Shown here in pieces: positions 1 through 12,888 of a DNA stretch of 64,000 nt. The position numbers were made by a program, and so were the translations under genes. The first letter of the stretch is position 1, and every line of letters starts with the position of its first letter. The notes under the pieces were generated by a model that was not told the origin of the DNA, searched no databases, and worked only from the letters and a program-made list of their open reading frames with translations. Source of the stretch: Chrysomallon squamiferum (Eukaryota > Animalia > Mollusca); NCBI GenBank assembly GCA_012295275.1, contig CM022670.1, positions 25,854,001 to 25,918,000 of the forward strand, read 5' to 3'.

Positions 1-281
1 TATACACATGCATACACACACTCATATTACATATATACATATACACATTTCTCTTTTGTTTCTATTACTATTTATGATGTTTCATTTTCTTTTGGGGGAT
101 TTTCTTTTTTAATGCCTTTCTTTTTGTTTTGACTGCTTTTCTTTTGATCATCTTATACAAGTTTAAATGTATATGTCACTGTATTAATAACAACACACTA
201 AATATAAACAAGTGATTTCTGATTCGAACAATCGCTGGTTAGCTATTCAAACAGGCTACTTAACATTATTATAACACTAAC

Positions 282-468
282 TGGAGTTTTTGTAGTAGCT
301 GTAGATGCAGTGGCTCCACTGTATGCCACTGCTGATGATGTTGCCATCCACTTCCACTTCTCTTGAAATTCCAAATTTGTATGTGCTGGTATGTCCAGCA
401 ATGGAATCAGGTAAAATCATGTGTAGAGTTGTCTGGTGTCCTTTAACAGCTCTCCAGTTTAAATGGTG
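282..468 (-). CDS. Paralogue A coding exon 10 (FN3, C-terminal half)
   Basis: cag|HHLNWRAVKGHQTTLHMILPDSIAGHTSTYKFGISREVEVDGNIISSGIQWSHCIYSYYKNS|gttagt; aligns to B exon 19716-19890 (FGISREV..ISSGITWNSC). Confidence 0.9.
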
Positions 469-1260
469 CTGTGAAATAAATGAGAAATGTTGATTTTCTG
501 ACAGAAGTGTGCGACTCAGATGAGTTAGAAAAAGTAGACAAGAGTTTCATGCGAGTAATCACGAAACTGTCAGTTAATGGTGGTGCACATCAGTGAAAGT
601 GTATGTGTGACTGGGTGTTGGATGGTATGTCTGTTTGTATGAGATTTTGTGTGGGTTTGGGTGTGTTGTGTGTGCATGTTTATGTATGCTGTGTTTCTGA
701 GTATGGGTCATTCCGTGTCAAATCACCCAGTGGGTTAAACCCGACTGTCTCAGATTTTTATAAAACTTGGTATACTTTTTGACTGGGATCCCACAGCACC
801 AAATCTGAAATATTATTAAATCTGATTAAATTTCAATAAAGGTCATCTCAAAGTCACGTGATCCACATGGTCAATTTCAAGGTTGGTGGTCACGCCCATT
901 TTTGCCAAAAATCTAAAAATTTGGTGGGCCATATCTCCCATGCCACTGGTCCAACTGGGCTAAAATTTCAGATTTGTGGGATCCCAGTCAACAAGTATAC
1001 CAAGTTTCATAAAAATCTGAGACGGCTGGGTTTAAATTTGTTTTTGTTTTTTGTGTGATTTGACATGGAATGACCTTTGTGTATGTTATTAGATTATCCC
1101 ACACAACATCAAATATACACCTTCTTGAATGGACAACATATATATATATATATATATATACTTTCTTTGAAGACTGATTTTAATCCCTGAATATCCTACA
1201 TATTCACTCAAACAAGAGGAAAGATATTTATGTATCTTAGGACTGGGTTAATATATTTAG

Positions 1261-1317
<57 letters not shown>

Positions 1318-2022
1318 CAAATATAAAGGTTTATGTTATTTTAAAATGAAAGAAATAAATAAACAAAATATGTTACAATTCAAAAACAAACATATATATT
1401 CAGAAATTTTTAGGAAAATCAGAAATAACTGATTTACTTCAAATATACAATTCTCACCTAGAGACATATCTAAGGTGATGCATAAGCCATGGGTGCCATT
1501 TTAATTGGTCACCTCTTGTCAGTTTCTGTTGCGTTAAAATTACATAAAAATTACGTTACATTACTTGGAAATGGTGCAGAGTACTTGCCATGGATGTGGT
1601 TTCCCTTAGAAGTGTCACATTATTTCAGTCATTTCAGCATGTTAACTTTAGCCATTCTGCGCGATTCCCTAATCGATATATCAATATATCTGTTGTTAAG
1701 CAGGTCTATATTCGCTCTAAGTAAGCTTCACAAAACAGAAAGTCTGACCTTGCATCCATGTCCCAATACGAGCTGATGACACCAGTATATAGTGCATCCA
1801 GCATCAAGTGACTTCTTTCTCAACAGCCACGATAGTCGATACTTGGTCACGTTTGGTTCTAACTGTTCAGCTTCAACAACGAATCGCTTGGGGAAAGACG
1901 GCTCTAAAACAGTGAAACAGAATTAGTGAAATACTTAAATATCGTTCAATTCTTTATCTTATATTTCATATCTCTGTTTCTTTCTTTTCTGGATTTTTAT
2001 TTTGCCGTTCTGGGGGCTTTTT

Positions 2023-2069
<47 letters not shown>

Positions 2070-2343
2070 TGTTTCATGGTTATAGGGCTTTTTTGACACA
2101 TTATAGTTTTCCTTCAATTTTGTATCTGAATCTTGTTATTTTTCATAGCAATAATTAAGGTATTGCTTAACTGTTTATTTTTCATGTATGTATATCTTTA
2201 CTGCATTCTGAGCAGTGTAAGACAGTTTACTCCTTTCCCCTCTTTTTCTCTCTCTCTCACACACACACCCCATACCCAACATACAAACGAACATAAGCAT
2301 ATAAATACATACTAATGTAATCTATATAAAATTTAACAACAAC

Positions 2344-2391
<48 letters not shown>

Positions 2392-2822
2392 AAAAAGATC
2401 TGCTACATTTCTAACTTTTATCCTCATTCGGAATGAATATTTCTGTAAATTCTTTAGACTCTCCCTCTTCGTTTCTTGAGTGCACACGAACTGAGTAATC
2501 TCTTTTCTTGGACAAAGCCACAGTCACACTGGTAGTTCTCGTAACCAAAGATGTTGATGTGTCATCGCCGCCAACGTACAACACGTAATCCACGTTTTTT
2601 CCGTGACGATGTTCATCTCGTAGAGGCTGTGAATATTAAGTTGATTTATGACAAGAACAAGTGCCGTTAAGCAACAATGAAAGCCGTCGTGTTCTTTGTT
2701 TGTTATTGTGAGTAATAGGTCTGGCAAGGGGAAAATTGTTACGTGTATATGTTGTGGGATGCATTTATATATATATATATATATATATACATACATACAT
2801 CTGAACGTTTTGTTTTCTTTAC

Positions 2823-2921
<99 letters not shown>

Positions 2922-4493
2922 CTCATTAGATAACAACCAATTAAGTAAATATTATGTATTGGAAATTTTAATTCTCGACTATTATGTAAAATATTTAAAA
3001 AAACTAAATAAAATAAAACTGCGTTACAAAGAAAATATGAATAGCTCTATGGATGCCAGAATTTTCTTTTTTTAATTTTTTAATTTTAATTTTTTTTTAT
3101 AACGAAACTTATTTCATCAGTGATTCCTGATTGAATTTTAAATTTTTCTTTTCGACTATTATTTTCTTTATTTTTTCTTCTAAATAAAATAAAACTGCGT
3201 TACAAAGAAAATATGAATAGCTCTATGGATGCCAGAATTTTCTTTTTTTAATTTTTTAATTTAATTAAAGACGGACATTTGGATGGATGTCGCTAGTTCT
3301 CCGCCAGATACAGGTCTGTGTCATTTTTTGGCTAATGTTTACGAGCTAACGTAGAGGTCTGGTGATGCCTGGGGCCAACTGTTTGACTCTGTATGACCCA
3401 AAGACTCAACTACAAGGCCTACTACCGAGAAATCGTATGAGAAAGGAAGATATTTTAAATATGTAAACATAGATGAAACCTAAAATAAACGCTTTATTCG
3501 ATTTAAATAAAAATCAACCAAAGTTCTTTTCTGTGACTGGATGCCCGGGACCATCGCCCCTTTGCCCCCCCCCCCACCTTCTGCATGTCACTGCTCATTC
3601 AGCAATAATTTTGGCTTAACATTTCTTTAAATCGGTCATTTTCGAGTTCGTTGGTACAATAAAAAGTATTGTTTAGTCATGCATTACTCGCGCTACAAGA
3701 AGAAACCCAAGACCTCTTTCATAAAATCACCGACTCGGAAATCTCAATCGAGACGTAACGGTCAGCTGATTAACATGTGATAGCTTTCAGCCGAAAAACG
3801 ATATAGGTCTATCTCGGTCGGAAAACACTCGGGCTAATTGTTTTCCAGACCTGTATTTTATAATATCGGTCAATGGATGTGTAAATAAAATACCTTAAAG
3901 AAAACAGTGACGTTTCTGCAATCAGTTGGACCGACACACTTGTCTTCCATGTAGCCACCTTTCGCTATTTCTGGAGGGCGAGCAGGCACTAGGAAAAAAT
4001 AAATATATATATATGAAGTACATTTTACCTTAGTGCACAAAAATGTTAGTAATATTGCACTTGATGTCAGCAGAGCGTAAACTGTGACGTATCCTTTGAA
4101 AATCTGTTATAACAGAGATTTATTTAATCCTTATTATAAATTAATTAGTGAGATATATTTTATTTTCAAAAATGCGTAGATCTGAGCTTCAATTCCGAAT
4201 AAAAATTAGATGTAAAATGCAAGATTTTCAGTCTGCAGAGCTAAGAAACATTTCATCAACAGTCACTGATTTGTACACAAAATATTTGTTTAGGTTTTAT
4301 AATACATAAAAGTCACTAACCGGCAACATCAGTGGATGTTTCTACCGTTTGCCAGGCACTCCAGAATCCACGTGGTTTGGGTTTAGATGCAACTCTAAAA
4401 ATGTATCGAGTTGCAGGAACCAAGTCGCACACTTCGACACTGTATTTTGATACTGATGATATCTGTTGTAAGTATATTAATATATAGACAGAT

Positions 4494-4542
<49 letters not shown>

Positions 4543-5291
4543 CAGAGAGAAACAGATAGATAGACAAACAGACAAATAGACAGACAGATAGATAATTTTC
4601 TAATAACAGTACTGATTTCAAAACAATTTCATCAAATAATATGTCTATTCAGTACAAATGCCTCTACAGAGAAATCAGTTAGATGACCATCAAAGATTTC
4701 ACATAATCTATGTTAACAGAAAGTCGAAACGACTCGATGTATAATTTGGTGAAACTGAGACGATATTTGAAGTGTCTTCATTAATGATTGTTATGTTACC
4801 GCTGAATCACAACATTTCTTCCATGCTGTGTCCCTTTCCGACTGAAATTCCACTTTAAACGTCTTGTTTCTCCTGTGCGGGGTGGAGTCTGTCCACTGAA
4901 GGTGTACACAAGTACTTGTTACTGACATAACTGAAATCATAGTCGGTGGTGCTGGTTTTACTGTAATAAACAAAAATAACGAATAAGGCCGTGATGGCGG
5001 TAGTAGTGATGATGATGATGATGGTGGTGATGATGACGATGACGACCTAGATGATTCTGAAAGAAATGTATGTACAAATACACATAGAGAGTGACACACA
5101 CTCACTAGACATGCACACACATGCAAAACTTACATACATTACACAAATACATACATATATACATACCGCACACACAAACATACATGCACACACACATACA
5201 TCCATTCACACACACATACATATATAGCAACATACATGCATAATGAGATACATACATATGATTTCTTTGAGAATAAATTGATATATGAGAA

Positions 5292-5343
<52 letters not shown>

Positions 5344-5987
5344 GCATGTATACATATGCATATATACAGACACATACATATACATACATACATAATACTG
5401 AGATTATATATATATACTCATGAATTCTTTGAGCAACAGATTTTGATGCATCAATGTCCGTACATTTCACACACATAGGTATCAAGTCTTTTACTTACCA
5501 CAGAATCGCGTATTGATTATAAATTCTTCTGATGCTGTTTCAGCTGTCTTTGACGTGAAAGACGTTGTTCTGTTATAAAGAGTAATGACCTGCATCTTGT
5601 ACACTGACCCCGGCACGAAGTTGTCACTGCCGCTGTGTCGGTGCCATGTACAAGACGTTGGTGTCTGGTCTTCACATCGGAATTGTGTGCCGTTGCTGAA
5701 ACCAAAACTGAATTTTATTTTTTTATTTAAAACTGAATATTTAAAATTTAACACTACAAAATTAAAATGTATAATTAACATATAGAACACACCGTGTTAT
5801 ATGCATTCTGGGTTGACTTTACATGTCATTGCTAAATAATAATGAGAAGAAGAAGAAAAAGAAGACAAAGTTTTGTAAATTGAGTTACTTTTTCCTATTT
5901 TTCTTCAAGAATATATTAATTTCCGGTGACATTTTAGATATCTTTAAAATAGGGTGCTGATGTATGCGTATTTGGCTGTTTTTCTCT

Positions 5988-6041
<54 letters not shown>

Positions 6042-7390
6042 ATGGATACATTTACAGTTATATTTATTATTTACAAAAAGATGTGTTACTAACTTATGCA
6101 AACCAATTCTCCAGATCAGTATGGTTGTGAATCGTTTCCGTTCAACAAACTGCTGATCAAGCGACCATGAACACGTCATATTTTCCCAATTGTACACAAT
6201 GCAGCTGACATTTTTCACTGCTTGTGGTCTGTCTATAAAAATAAATAAATTTAAAATGACCTAATGACAGTATAATTTCATCACACATGGTCTGAAATGA
6301 TTGCCATGACCATCAAAAGATTTGACGTTATCGGTGTGTGTACTTCTGACATTATAGCCATTGCTATAGAATTACGTGTTGTAAGTGTAAAGTAGGTAAA
6401 GGGAAGACAAGATAATGAAAGTGTCTGGTATAGCCACGGTACTTCCAGCGGATGACAGTTTTGTACAGACCACTGTGAAATTTTTGTTCATCGTCCTTTT
6501 AGAGAATGATTACAAGAAATATATCCATCATTTTGAAAATTAAGTTTAAAAAATTGTTCTTACTTGTCGACATTAACTAAAATTAATCATCTGATATCGA
6601 AAATATAGCTTAGAATTACGAATTATGTTGTTTGTGGGTTTTTTGTTGTTTTTTTTTTTTATTTATTTTTTTATTATCTTGTTAGCACTTACATTCCACT
6701 TCAACATAGGAATGTCCCAAAAACACTGGTTTTGGCTCGATCTGTCCAACCAACACATATAGTTCGCCATATCATTTGTTGAAGTGACAGGGTAGTTGAG
6801 TTCTATTTTTGTCAAGGAAACGACTTTGACATACTGTTGTTCTATACGTTTTTCGCGAGAAGAACCGCTGGTAAAGTATAGCTGTTTAGAGGTCCCGAGT
6901 TCGCGTCCCGGCAGTTCGCAGCTAAGAGTTAGGTTATCGCCAATGAATATAATAGGGTCATCTGGGAATACCGCTGAAATAATTATGAAGTAGTTTAATA
7001 GAAAAATTTTATGGTAATGAAACGCAAATATATTAAAATTAAAGAGTAAAAGAAGAAAGAAAGGAAGATGGTGTAGTTAAAATTGCCAGTGTTAGAAAAA
7101 TATCAGAAATACAGAGATAAATAAATAACAGTAATTTTAAACAGCAATTAGATTGGAATGTAGATCTCAACAACACAAAAACGAAACATGTTTTGATGAT
7201 AATGTCTTTCTTATTAATATGGTATGCATAAATTGTATGAGATATATATTTATATATCTGTGTGATGGTCTGTGTATATGTTTGACTATGTGTATGTATG
7301 TATGTATGTATGTGTATATAGGCGTAAATAGGCATGTTTGTACGTATGTACATATGTAGTATAAACATATACATGTATGTTTTTATGCAT

Positions 7391-7440
<50 letters not shown>

Positions 7441-7531
7441 ATGAATGTATGCTGGTTGACCTGTTAATTAAATTACCAATGGGTAGGTACATATCTGTTA
7501 TCTGTTACTGCACTCAGAGGCTTTGTTTGTT

Positions 7532-7580
<49 letters not shown>

Positions 7581-7864
7581 CATGTAATTTAATTTCTATG
7601 TTGACGGACCCCTACAGGTTCAGAATCCATTATTCGAAATGTCTGAGACCAGAAGTGTTTCTGAATTCACAAACACATACATAATAATACCTGCCCCGAC
7701 ACTGACACAAACAAATATCATAAAGACATTACATGAATTCACAAACAAAGATTTTTCCAAAACGAAATTTTCTTACCATCTTTCATCGACCAAGATAAAT
7801 CTGAACAAAACCAACCCGCAGCAAGTATAAGCGTCAAGTATAAATGTCTCATAAAAAGGAGCAT
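282..7864 (-). CDS. Paralogue A: gp130/Domeless-like class I cytokine receptor, 5' part (3' end beyond the left edge); apparent 1-nt frameshift in the Ig exon (pseudogene or assembly error)
   Basis: Exons 7777-7864, 6693-6973, 6094-6232, 5499-5695, 4800-4960, 4321-4462, 3894-3988, 2416-2626, 1749-1903, 282-468. Intron positions and phases match paralogue B. Motifs CIVYNWENMTCSW, GFWSAWQ, FGISREV...ISSGIQW. Confidence 0.88.
705..1076. mobile_element. MITE (non-autonomous DNA transposon) in an intron of paralogue A
   Basis: Terminal inverted repeats GGGTCATTCCGTGTCAAATCAC / GTGATTTGACATGGAATGACCT plus ~60-bp subterminal inverted repeats (tctcagatttttataaaacttggtatac...gactgggatcccaca and its reverse complement); no credible ORF. 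Confidence 0.8.
1749..1903 (-). CDS. Paralogue A coding exon 9 (FN3, N-terminal half)
   Basis: KPSFPKRFVVEAEQLEPNVTKYRLSWLLRKKSLDAGCTIYWCHQLVLGHGCK; phase 1->0; aligns to B exon 20682-20854. Confidence 0.88.
2416..2626 (-). CDS. Paralogue A coding exon 8 (FN3)
   Basis: PLRDEHRHGKNVDYVLY...DYSVRVHSRNEEGESKEFTEIFIPNEDK; phase 0->1; aligns to B exon 21372-21597. Confidence 0.9.
2842..2917. repeat. (AG)n microsatellite preceded by (TA)n
   Basis: Directly visible. Confidence 0.95.
3004..3262. repeat. ~82-bp near-identical direct duplication (3004-3086 and 3180-3262)
   Basis: ctaaataaaataaaactgcgttacaaagaaaatatgaatagctctatggatgccagaattttc... occurs twice. Confidence 0.9.
3894..3988 (-). CDS. Paralogue A coding exon 7 (start of first membrane-proximal FN3)
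   Basis: VPARPPEIAKGGYMEDKCVGPTDCRNVTVFFK; 95 nt, same length as B exon 22135-22229. Confidence 0.9.
4321..4462 (-). CDS. Paralogue A coding exon 6 (CBM C-terminal, WSxW motif)
   Basis: ISSVSKYSVEVCDLVPATRYIFRVASKPKPRGFWSAWQTVETSTDVA; phase 0->1. Confidence 0.92.
4800..4960 (-). CDS. Paralogue A coding exon 5 (CBM second FN3, N-terminal half)
   Basis: VKPAPPTMISVMSVTSTCVHLQWTDSTPHRRNKTFKVEFQSERDTAWKKCCDSA; phase 1->0. Confidence 0.9.
5499..5695 (-). CDS. Paralogue A coding exon 4 (CBM first FN3, second Cys pair)
   Basis: NGTQFRCEDQTPTSCTWHRH...EEFIINTRFC|gtaagt; phase 2->1. Confidence 0.9.
6094..6232 (-). CDS. Paralogue A coding exon 3 (CBM, C-x9-C-x-W)
   Basis: YRPQAVKNVSCIVYNWENMTCSWSLDQQFVERKRFTTILIWRIGLH; phase 1->2. 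Confidence 0.9.
6693..6973 (-). CDS. Paralogue A coding exon 2 (Ig-like domain), 281 nt, with frameshift
   Basis: AVFPDDPIIFIGDNLTLSCELPG...YPVTSTNDMANYMCWLDRSSQ, then KPVFLGHSYVEVE in a shifted frame. The length is not a multiple of 3 although both flanking introns should be phase 1. Confidence 0.88.
7777..7864 (-). CDS. Paralogue A coding exon 1 (signal peptide)
   Basis: MLLFMRHLYLTLILAAGWFCSDLSWSMKD G|gtaaga; phase 1; acceptor ttttag just upstream (exon starts at 7899). Confidence 0.82.
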
Positions 7865-8116
7865 ATTCCATAAGATTTTTTTCTTCTTTTTTTCAATCTC
7901 TAAAATTATAATAAAAACAGTCTTCACATTAGAATATATACACATGCAGAAGTGAGTTATTTAAAGATGACAAATAAAACTCGCTGTTTAGACTCAGAAT
8001 GTAAATTTGTTTAGTGAAAACATCTTCGCTGGACTACGATACGCCTTAATAGATATTCACAATGCGATTAACAGGTCGTTGCTAAGCCTCACACATCAAC
8101 TGTGCAGCTCTAGCCC

Positions 8117-8148
<32 letters not shown>

Positions 8149-8240
8149 ATTGCTATTGCTATTGCTGTTGCTATTGTTATTGTTATTGTTATTGTTAATG
8201 TTAATGTTATTGTTATTATTAGTAGTACTACTACTACTAT
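8117..8240. repeat. Compound (TTG)/(TATTGY) microsatellite
   Basis: Directly visible; source of the spurious poly-L/C/T ORFs. Confidence 0.9.
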
Positions 8241-8350
8241 TATATGCAATGAAAAAATACTTGATATCTCATAACTTAGCACCTACAGTGAAACAATTCC
8301 TTAATTTAAGATAACATGAATGTTATTTTGCTAAGGTGATTAAAGTTTAC

Positions 8351-8680
8351 CTGTGAAACGACGACTGCGGCAACACACAACCTGTAAAAATAGCTCCTCC
8401 CTGCTTTAACCGATAACCGACTAATACAGTACTAGTGTGCCTTGGATGGACAGTACCCTGATACCTTTGATGAGCACAAATCTATATTCGACGATTGTGA
8501 CTGTATAGTAATGACAGTCCTAGAACGAGCATTTAACACTGTGAATTAGAAATCGTGTTGCTGACGCGTAGCATTCATAAGCTGTTTCTTTTTGGCCGTT
8601 TCGACAAAAGGTTCTCTAAGGGTTATGTTTACGTCGGCTGAAATATTTCAGTGGTCTTTTCGTCGATCGCTACCCAGAAT
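8351..8680 (-). other. Candidate non-coding first exon and promoter region of paralogue A
   Basis: Donor CACAG|gtaaac at 8351/8350; locally CpG-rich compared with background; I found no ATG-initiated frame reaching the donor. The 5' boundary is a guess. Confidence 0.45.
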
Positions 8681-10589
8681 GTAAATAGTAATAATAATAA
8701 CAACAACAACTCTTAAAGGTGAACTTAATGTATTTGTTTGGCATAATAATACAAATATTCCATATTACGTTTGCGAGGTGTGAGTGACTATCCTTATTCA
8801 ATACTTTTGAAAGGATATCATCAATGTTGGTTCTTATGGTCGATCACTGTATTGTCTTGTAACAACGTTTTCTCATAGGGGTCACTTTCATGTGACTTCT
8901 AAAGAAAATCTCTGCTGTGCTCTATGGTCGTGACATTATATATATATATATATATATATATATGGGTGTGTGGGGGTGGGTCTTTATGTATGTATGCGTG
9001 TGTTTATTAATATTAGTATTTAGACTCACTGTTATGAGGTATAGATGAACGTGTGTCTTTGCACTGAATTTTGTATATCTATTTTGTAAATAAGACGCTT
9101 CCCTGGTGATAAATGTAAACATGACCTGAATTGGATCTGTTACGACAAAGAACACTACAGTGTTCAAATTGTACAGCCTACACCTGAAGGATCGATAACT
9201 GATAAACATATAATACAAAAGCAGGTTTCGCCACCCGTTTCAACTGCATTTTTGGAAATTGTGAAAAACAAAATAAATAAATAATAAACGAACATTAATC
9301 AGTATCCCAACAAGATGGCATACTACGTGAATTTTCTATTATTTATTTTTTTTTAATTATTATTATTATTATTTATTTTGCAACTAGAGCACTGACTATA
9401 TTGTCAGTCATTCCACTTTGGACGTCAATAAAATAAAATGACATTTATCTGAAATTATAATGACAATACGTCTTTGAAGCTGGACCATCGCTAGAGCTAG
9501 CATAATGTATTAACATAATGTATATTAATATTCAGTCATAATTCAAACATAATGCATTTTAATATTTATTCATTCATTTTTACCACATGCCAGTAAAATT
9601 CATCGTAAAAATACCATCGGTATTTCGAATAAAGGAGGTCGCGCGTGCAAGGGACCGTTTGATTTGCACGTCGCCATTTTTACACGTCAGCTCGAGCCTG
9701 CGTCCTTTTAACAGATTAATTTATAATTTTAGAAATTTAAATTATTTACTGATAAAAAAAAAATAATAATAATAATAAATAAATAAATAAATAAATAAAT
9801 ATCTTTTTTTTTTTTTTTTTTTTTTTTAATAACTTTGCATTAATTTTATTAATTTATGTCGTTGATACTGTTTTTAAAACATATATGTTATAAATTTTAT
9901 ATCCAGTGTTTGAGATTTTAAAACGGGTAATTTTTTTTTTTTTTTTTTTTTCATGAAATGTATATCCACTAAGACAACAATAATCTCCCTGTGTTTTTTA
10001 TTTTTATTTTTATATATATTTTTTTTTTTTTTTTTACGAAATTCCTATAGCATCATATAATTATCTCAGAGAGATGACACAGCTAGCAGTTGTTGCAGTA
10101 GTACTCTGTATGGAGGGTTTCATTTGTATTTAAACAAGAAAGCCTGAGGTCACCTAACAGTTAACTGTATAGAAATTATTATTATTATTATTTTATTTAG
10201 TAGTAGTTAGTATTTTATTTTTTATTTTTTTTTTATTTTTATTTTTATTTTTTTATTATTATTTTTTTTTTTTTTTCCCGTTTTTTGTCCACTTATTGTT
10301 TTAGATTAGCCAGAGCTACCGCTGACGTCATAATGCTATTTAACATGCGCGTTTTCCACCTGATTTGACATTGTAAGTATTATTTTTGCGACATTCAGCT
10401 TCTTCCTCGGAGCTAAAGGTTATTTACTTTCAAAGGTAATCTTTGTTATACGTATTTAAGAAAACGCTTAGAAATGTGATTACATTTGAACCAGTTGGCA
10501 AATGTCGGTCAGCAACGAACAGTTCAAAATAAAATGAAAGCACATTGTCCCTAATTGCCCTAGACTATAGAGCATGCATTAAAAATACA

Positions 10590-11415
10590 TAATGTTTGTT
10601 ATGTTCCGAAAGAGGCGCTCAGACGTGCTGTTGAGAAAAAGAAACGGGGCCAAGAGTTAAAATTCTTCACACAGATCTGTAAGACATGGCAAGTTTTGAC
10701 AGAGGCAGAGGAGGAAAAATTGACTGAATATGTACAAACAACGTCGCGAATTTGCTTCCCACAGGATCCCAGGACGCAAAGAAAACTGGCCTTCGAGCTT
10801 GCTGAATAAAATCAGAAGAAATTTCCAACTACTTGGTCGAAAATGTGATGGTAATCATCAATGTTTGTCTTACTACAAGCTGTAGTTCTGGCTATGCTTG
10901 TACATTTTTGTTTTGTACTTATTTGAGTATATTTTTCCTTTAGTATAAGACATTGTCTAAAGCTGCCTCAAAGGCGACCCACTTTTGATAGGACCATTGT
11001 GATTTTTACATTCATTTTCGAGAATATTTTGCATTTTTATAATAATTTTCCAGCCCCACAGCAATTTTATTTGCAAGAAAACATATGCATGTAACTATAA
11101 AACATTTTCGTTTTGTTTTCATTACACTATTTTATGTTGTTGGTTTCAATTCAAATGTTTGACAGTTGCATTCCAAGTTATTTTGAAATAAATCGTGTTT
11201 TGTTTTTGAGTTTTTTATCTGGTATATATTATGCACATTTTGGCCAGTTTGGGAATGTGTCTTTAGCCATTAATAATTAAAAGAGAATAACAAATCAGGA
11301 TATTTCAAGCATTTGTAATTGATCATAAATAATGAAACTTTCTTTTAAACCAAAATGAGGGTTTCTTATCTAATCTGTATTTGAATTAAAGGTTAAAATA
11401 CCCCAGTCTCCCCAA
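10590..11415 (+). mobile_element. Degenerate pogo/Tigger-like DNA transposon relic (CENP-B-type HTH fragment plus probable right TIR)
   Basis: 10603-10845 translates to VPKEALRRAVEKKKRG...VLTEAEEEKLTEYVQTTSRICFPQDPRTQRKLAFELAE*NQKKFPTTW, resembling the N-terminal HTH region of pogo-type transposases, with an in-frame stop. The TIR-like end ATACCCCAGTCTCCCCA is at 11398-11415. No DDE domain seen. Confidence 0.65.
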
Positions 11416-12557
11416 TGTATCTAAACTGAAGACTAAAAGAAACTTTACCATGGCTTTAAATCACAGATTAAACACAAATGATAGATGCATGAATAAAATA
11501 TATTTAATAGACTAGTTATGCCAGTGTGATAATCAACACTAATCACAACAAGTAAATATGGCATCAATTAACAATGACAAAGTTTCCTAATGTGATTCAG
11601 GTACAAGAATGGAACTTTCCTCATTATGGACATTATGCTCAAGTTCAGTAAAAAGCCATTTAATAGCAAGTGTGATCAGCCTGTGACCCAGTCCACAAAA
11701 ACATTCTCCATCTCTCTGAGAAAGTCGGTCATCTGTTGAGGTTTCTCAGTTTATTTTGGTTGTGGTATGAGTGTGAGTTTACTGTAACTAACAAGACTGT
11801 AGACTGTTTTACTTTTCTTTGTATATGTATATATATACAGTATATTCTTTGGAATGCAGATAAATAGAACAGTTCTACTGATCTCTACATATTATCTTAA
11901 ATACATATTAAAACAAACATCTTTTATATATATAAATTGGAGCAAAACATGGGTTTTATTTCAACAGAATTTCTGGAAAAGAAACCTCACAACCATACAA
12001 AAAGAACACTATTGTTAAATAAATGTGCTGCCAAAAACATTAAAAGACATCACAACATACCACTCAACAAGTACTATGCAAATAAAATATGGCCACAAGT
12101 TATTAACAGCAAAATTGCAGTGATTCTTTGAATTTATGTACATCATTGTAGGTTTTTGTTTGTTCATCTGACATTATGCATTTTCATGTAAAATTATAGC
12201 ATCCATCAATGAATATGGGGAGAAAATGTATTTTACAAAAAGTTCTTGGCACATAGAGAGTTTCCATAAATTGATTATAAAAGAGTGAAAATGCCACAAA
12301 TGTAGACGAAAAATATTTCTTCATGACACAAATTGTTATTTATAAATGTATATATCAAGTGGTGGTTTTATTTGTATTAAATGTCAGTGCAAAATAGTTT
12401 GAGCTTCAATAACTGGAATTGTAATTATAAAATGAAACCAAACTTAATGTGGCAAACAAAAAAAAAAAAGATTCATTTTACTAAAGTATATTTTTCAAAG
12501 TGATTTTGTTCTCAATGTGTCTTAATCCTGTATACTTACCATAAATTTATAGCAGCA

Positions 12558-12589
<32 letters not shown>

Positions 12590-12849
12590 CTAGTGAAGTA
12601 AAATGATTATAAATCTGATATCATGAGAAAAAAACAAATCTCTTAGGAAATATTTTTAAAAATGAAGTAAAAACACTTTGATGACAAAATTTACATATTA
12701 ACTGATACAAAAGGTGGATGATCAAAAAACACTGAATATACAAAATCATCACAACCAAATATCACAACCTGAGTTAGTGAGGAACTGGGCTGCTTTTGTT
12801 TAGTTTTAAACAATATTTTTTTCTTCTTTTACTTTTTTAAACATAATTT

Positions 12850-12888
<39 letters not shown>

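Noticed and set aside
1458-1700. Possible extra exon of A ending at a CTAG|gtgaga donor (1458)
   Set aside because: Stops in the frames examined, and exon 1749-1903 already joins exon 282-468 in phase, matching paralogue B.
6225-6234. Alternative acceptor (TAG ACAG) rescuing A's frameshift
   Set aside because: The 4-nt shift still leaves the CBM exon out of frame and reaches a TGA within that exon.
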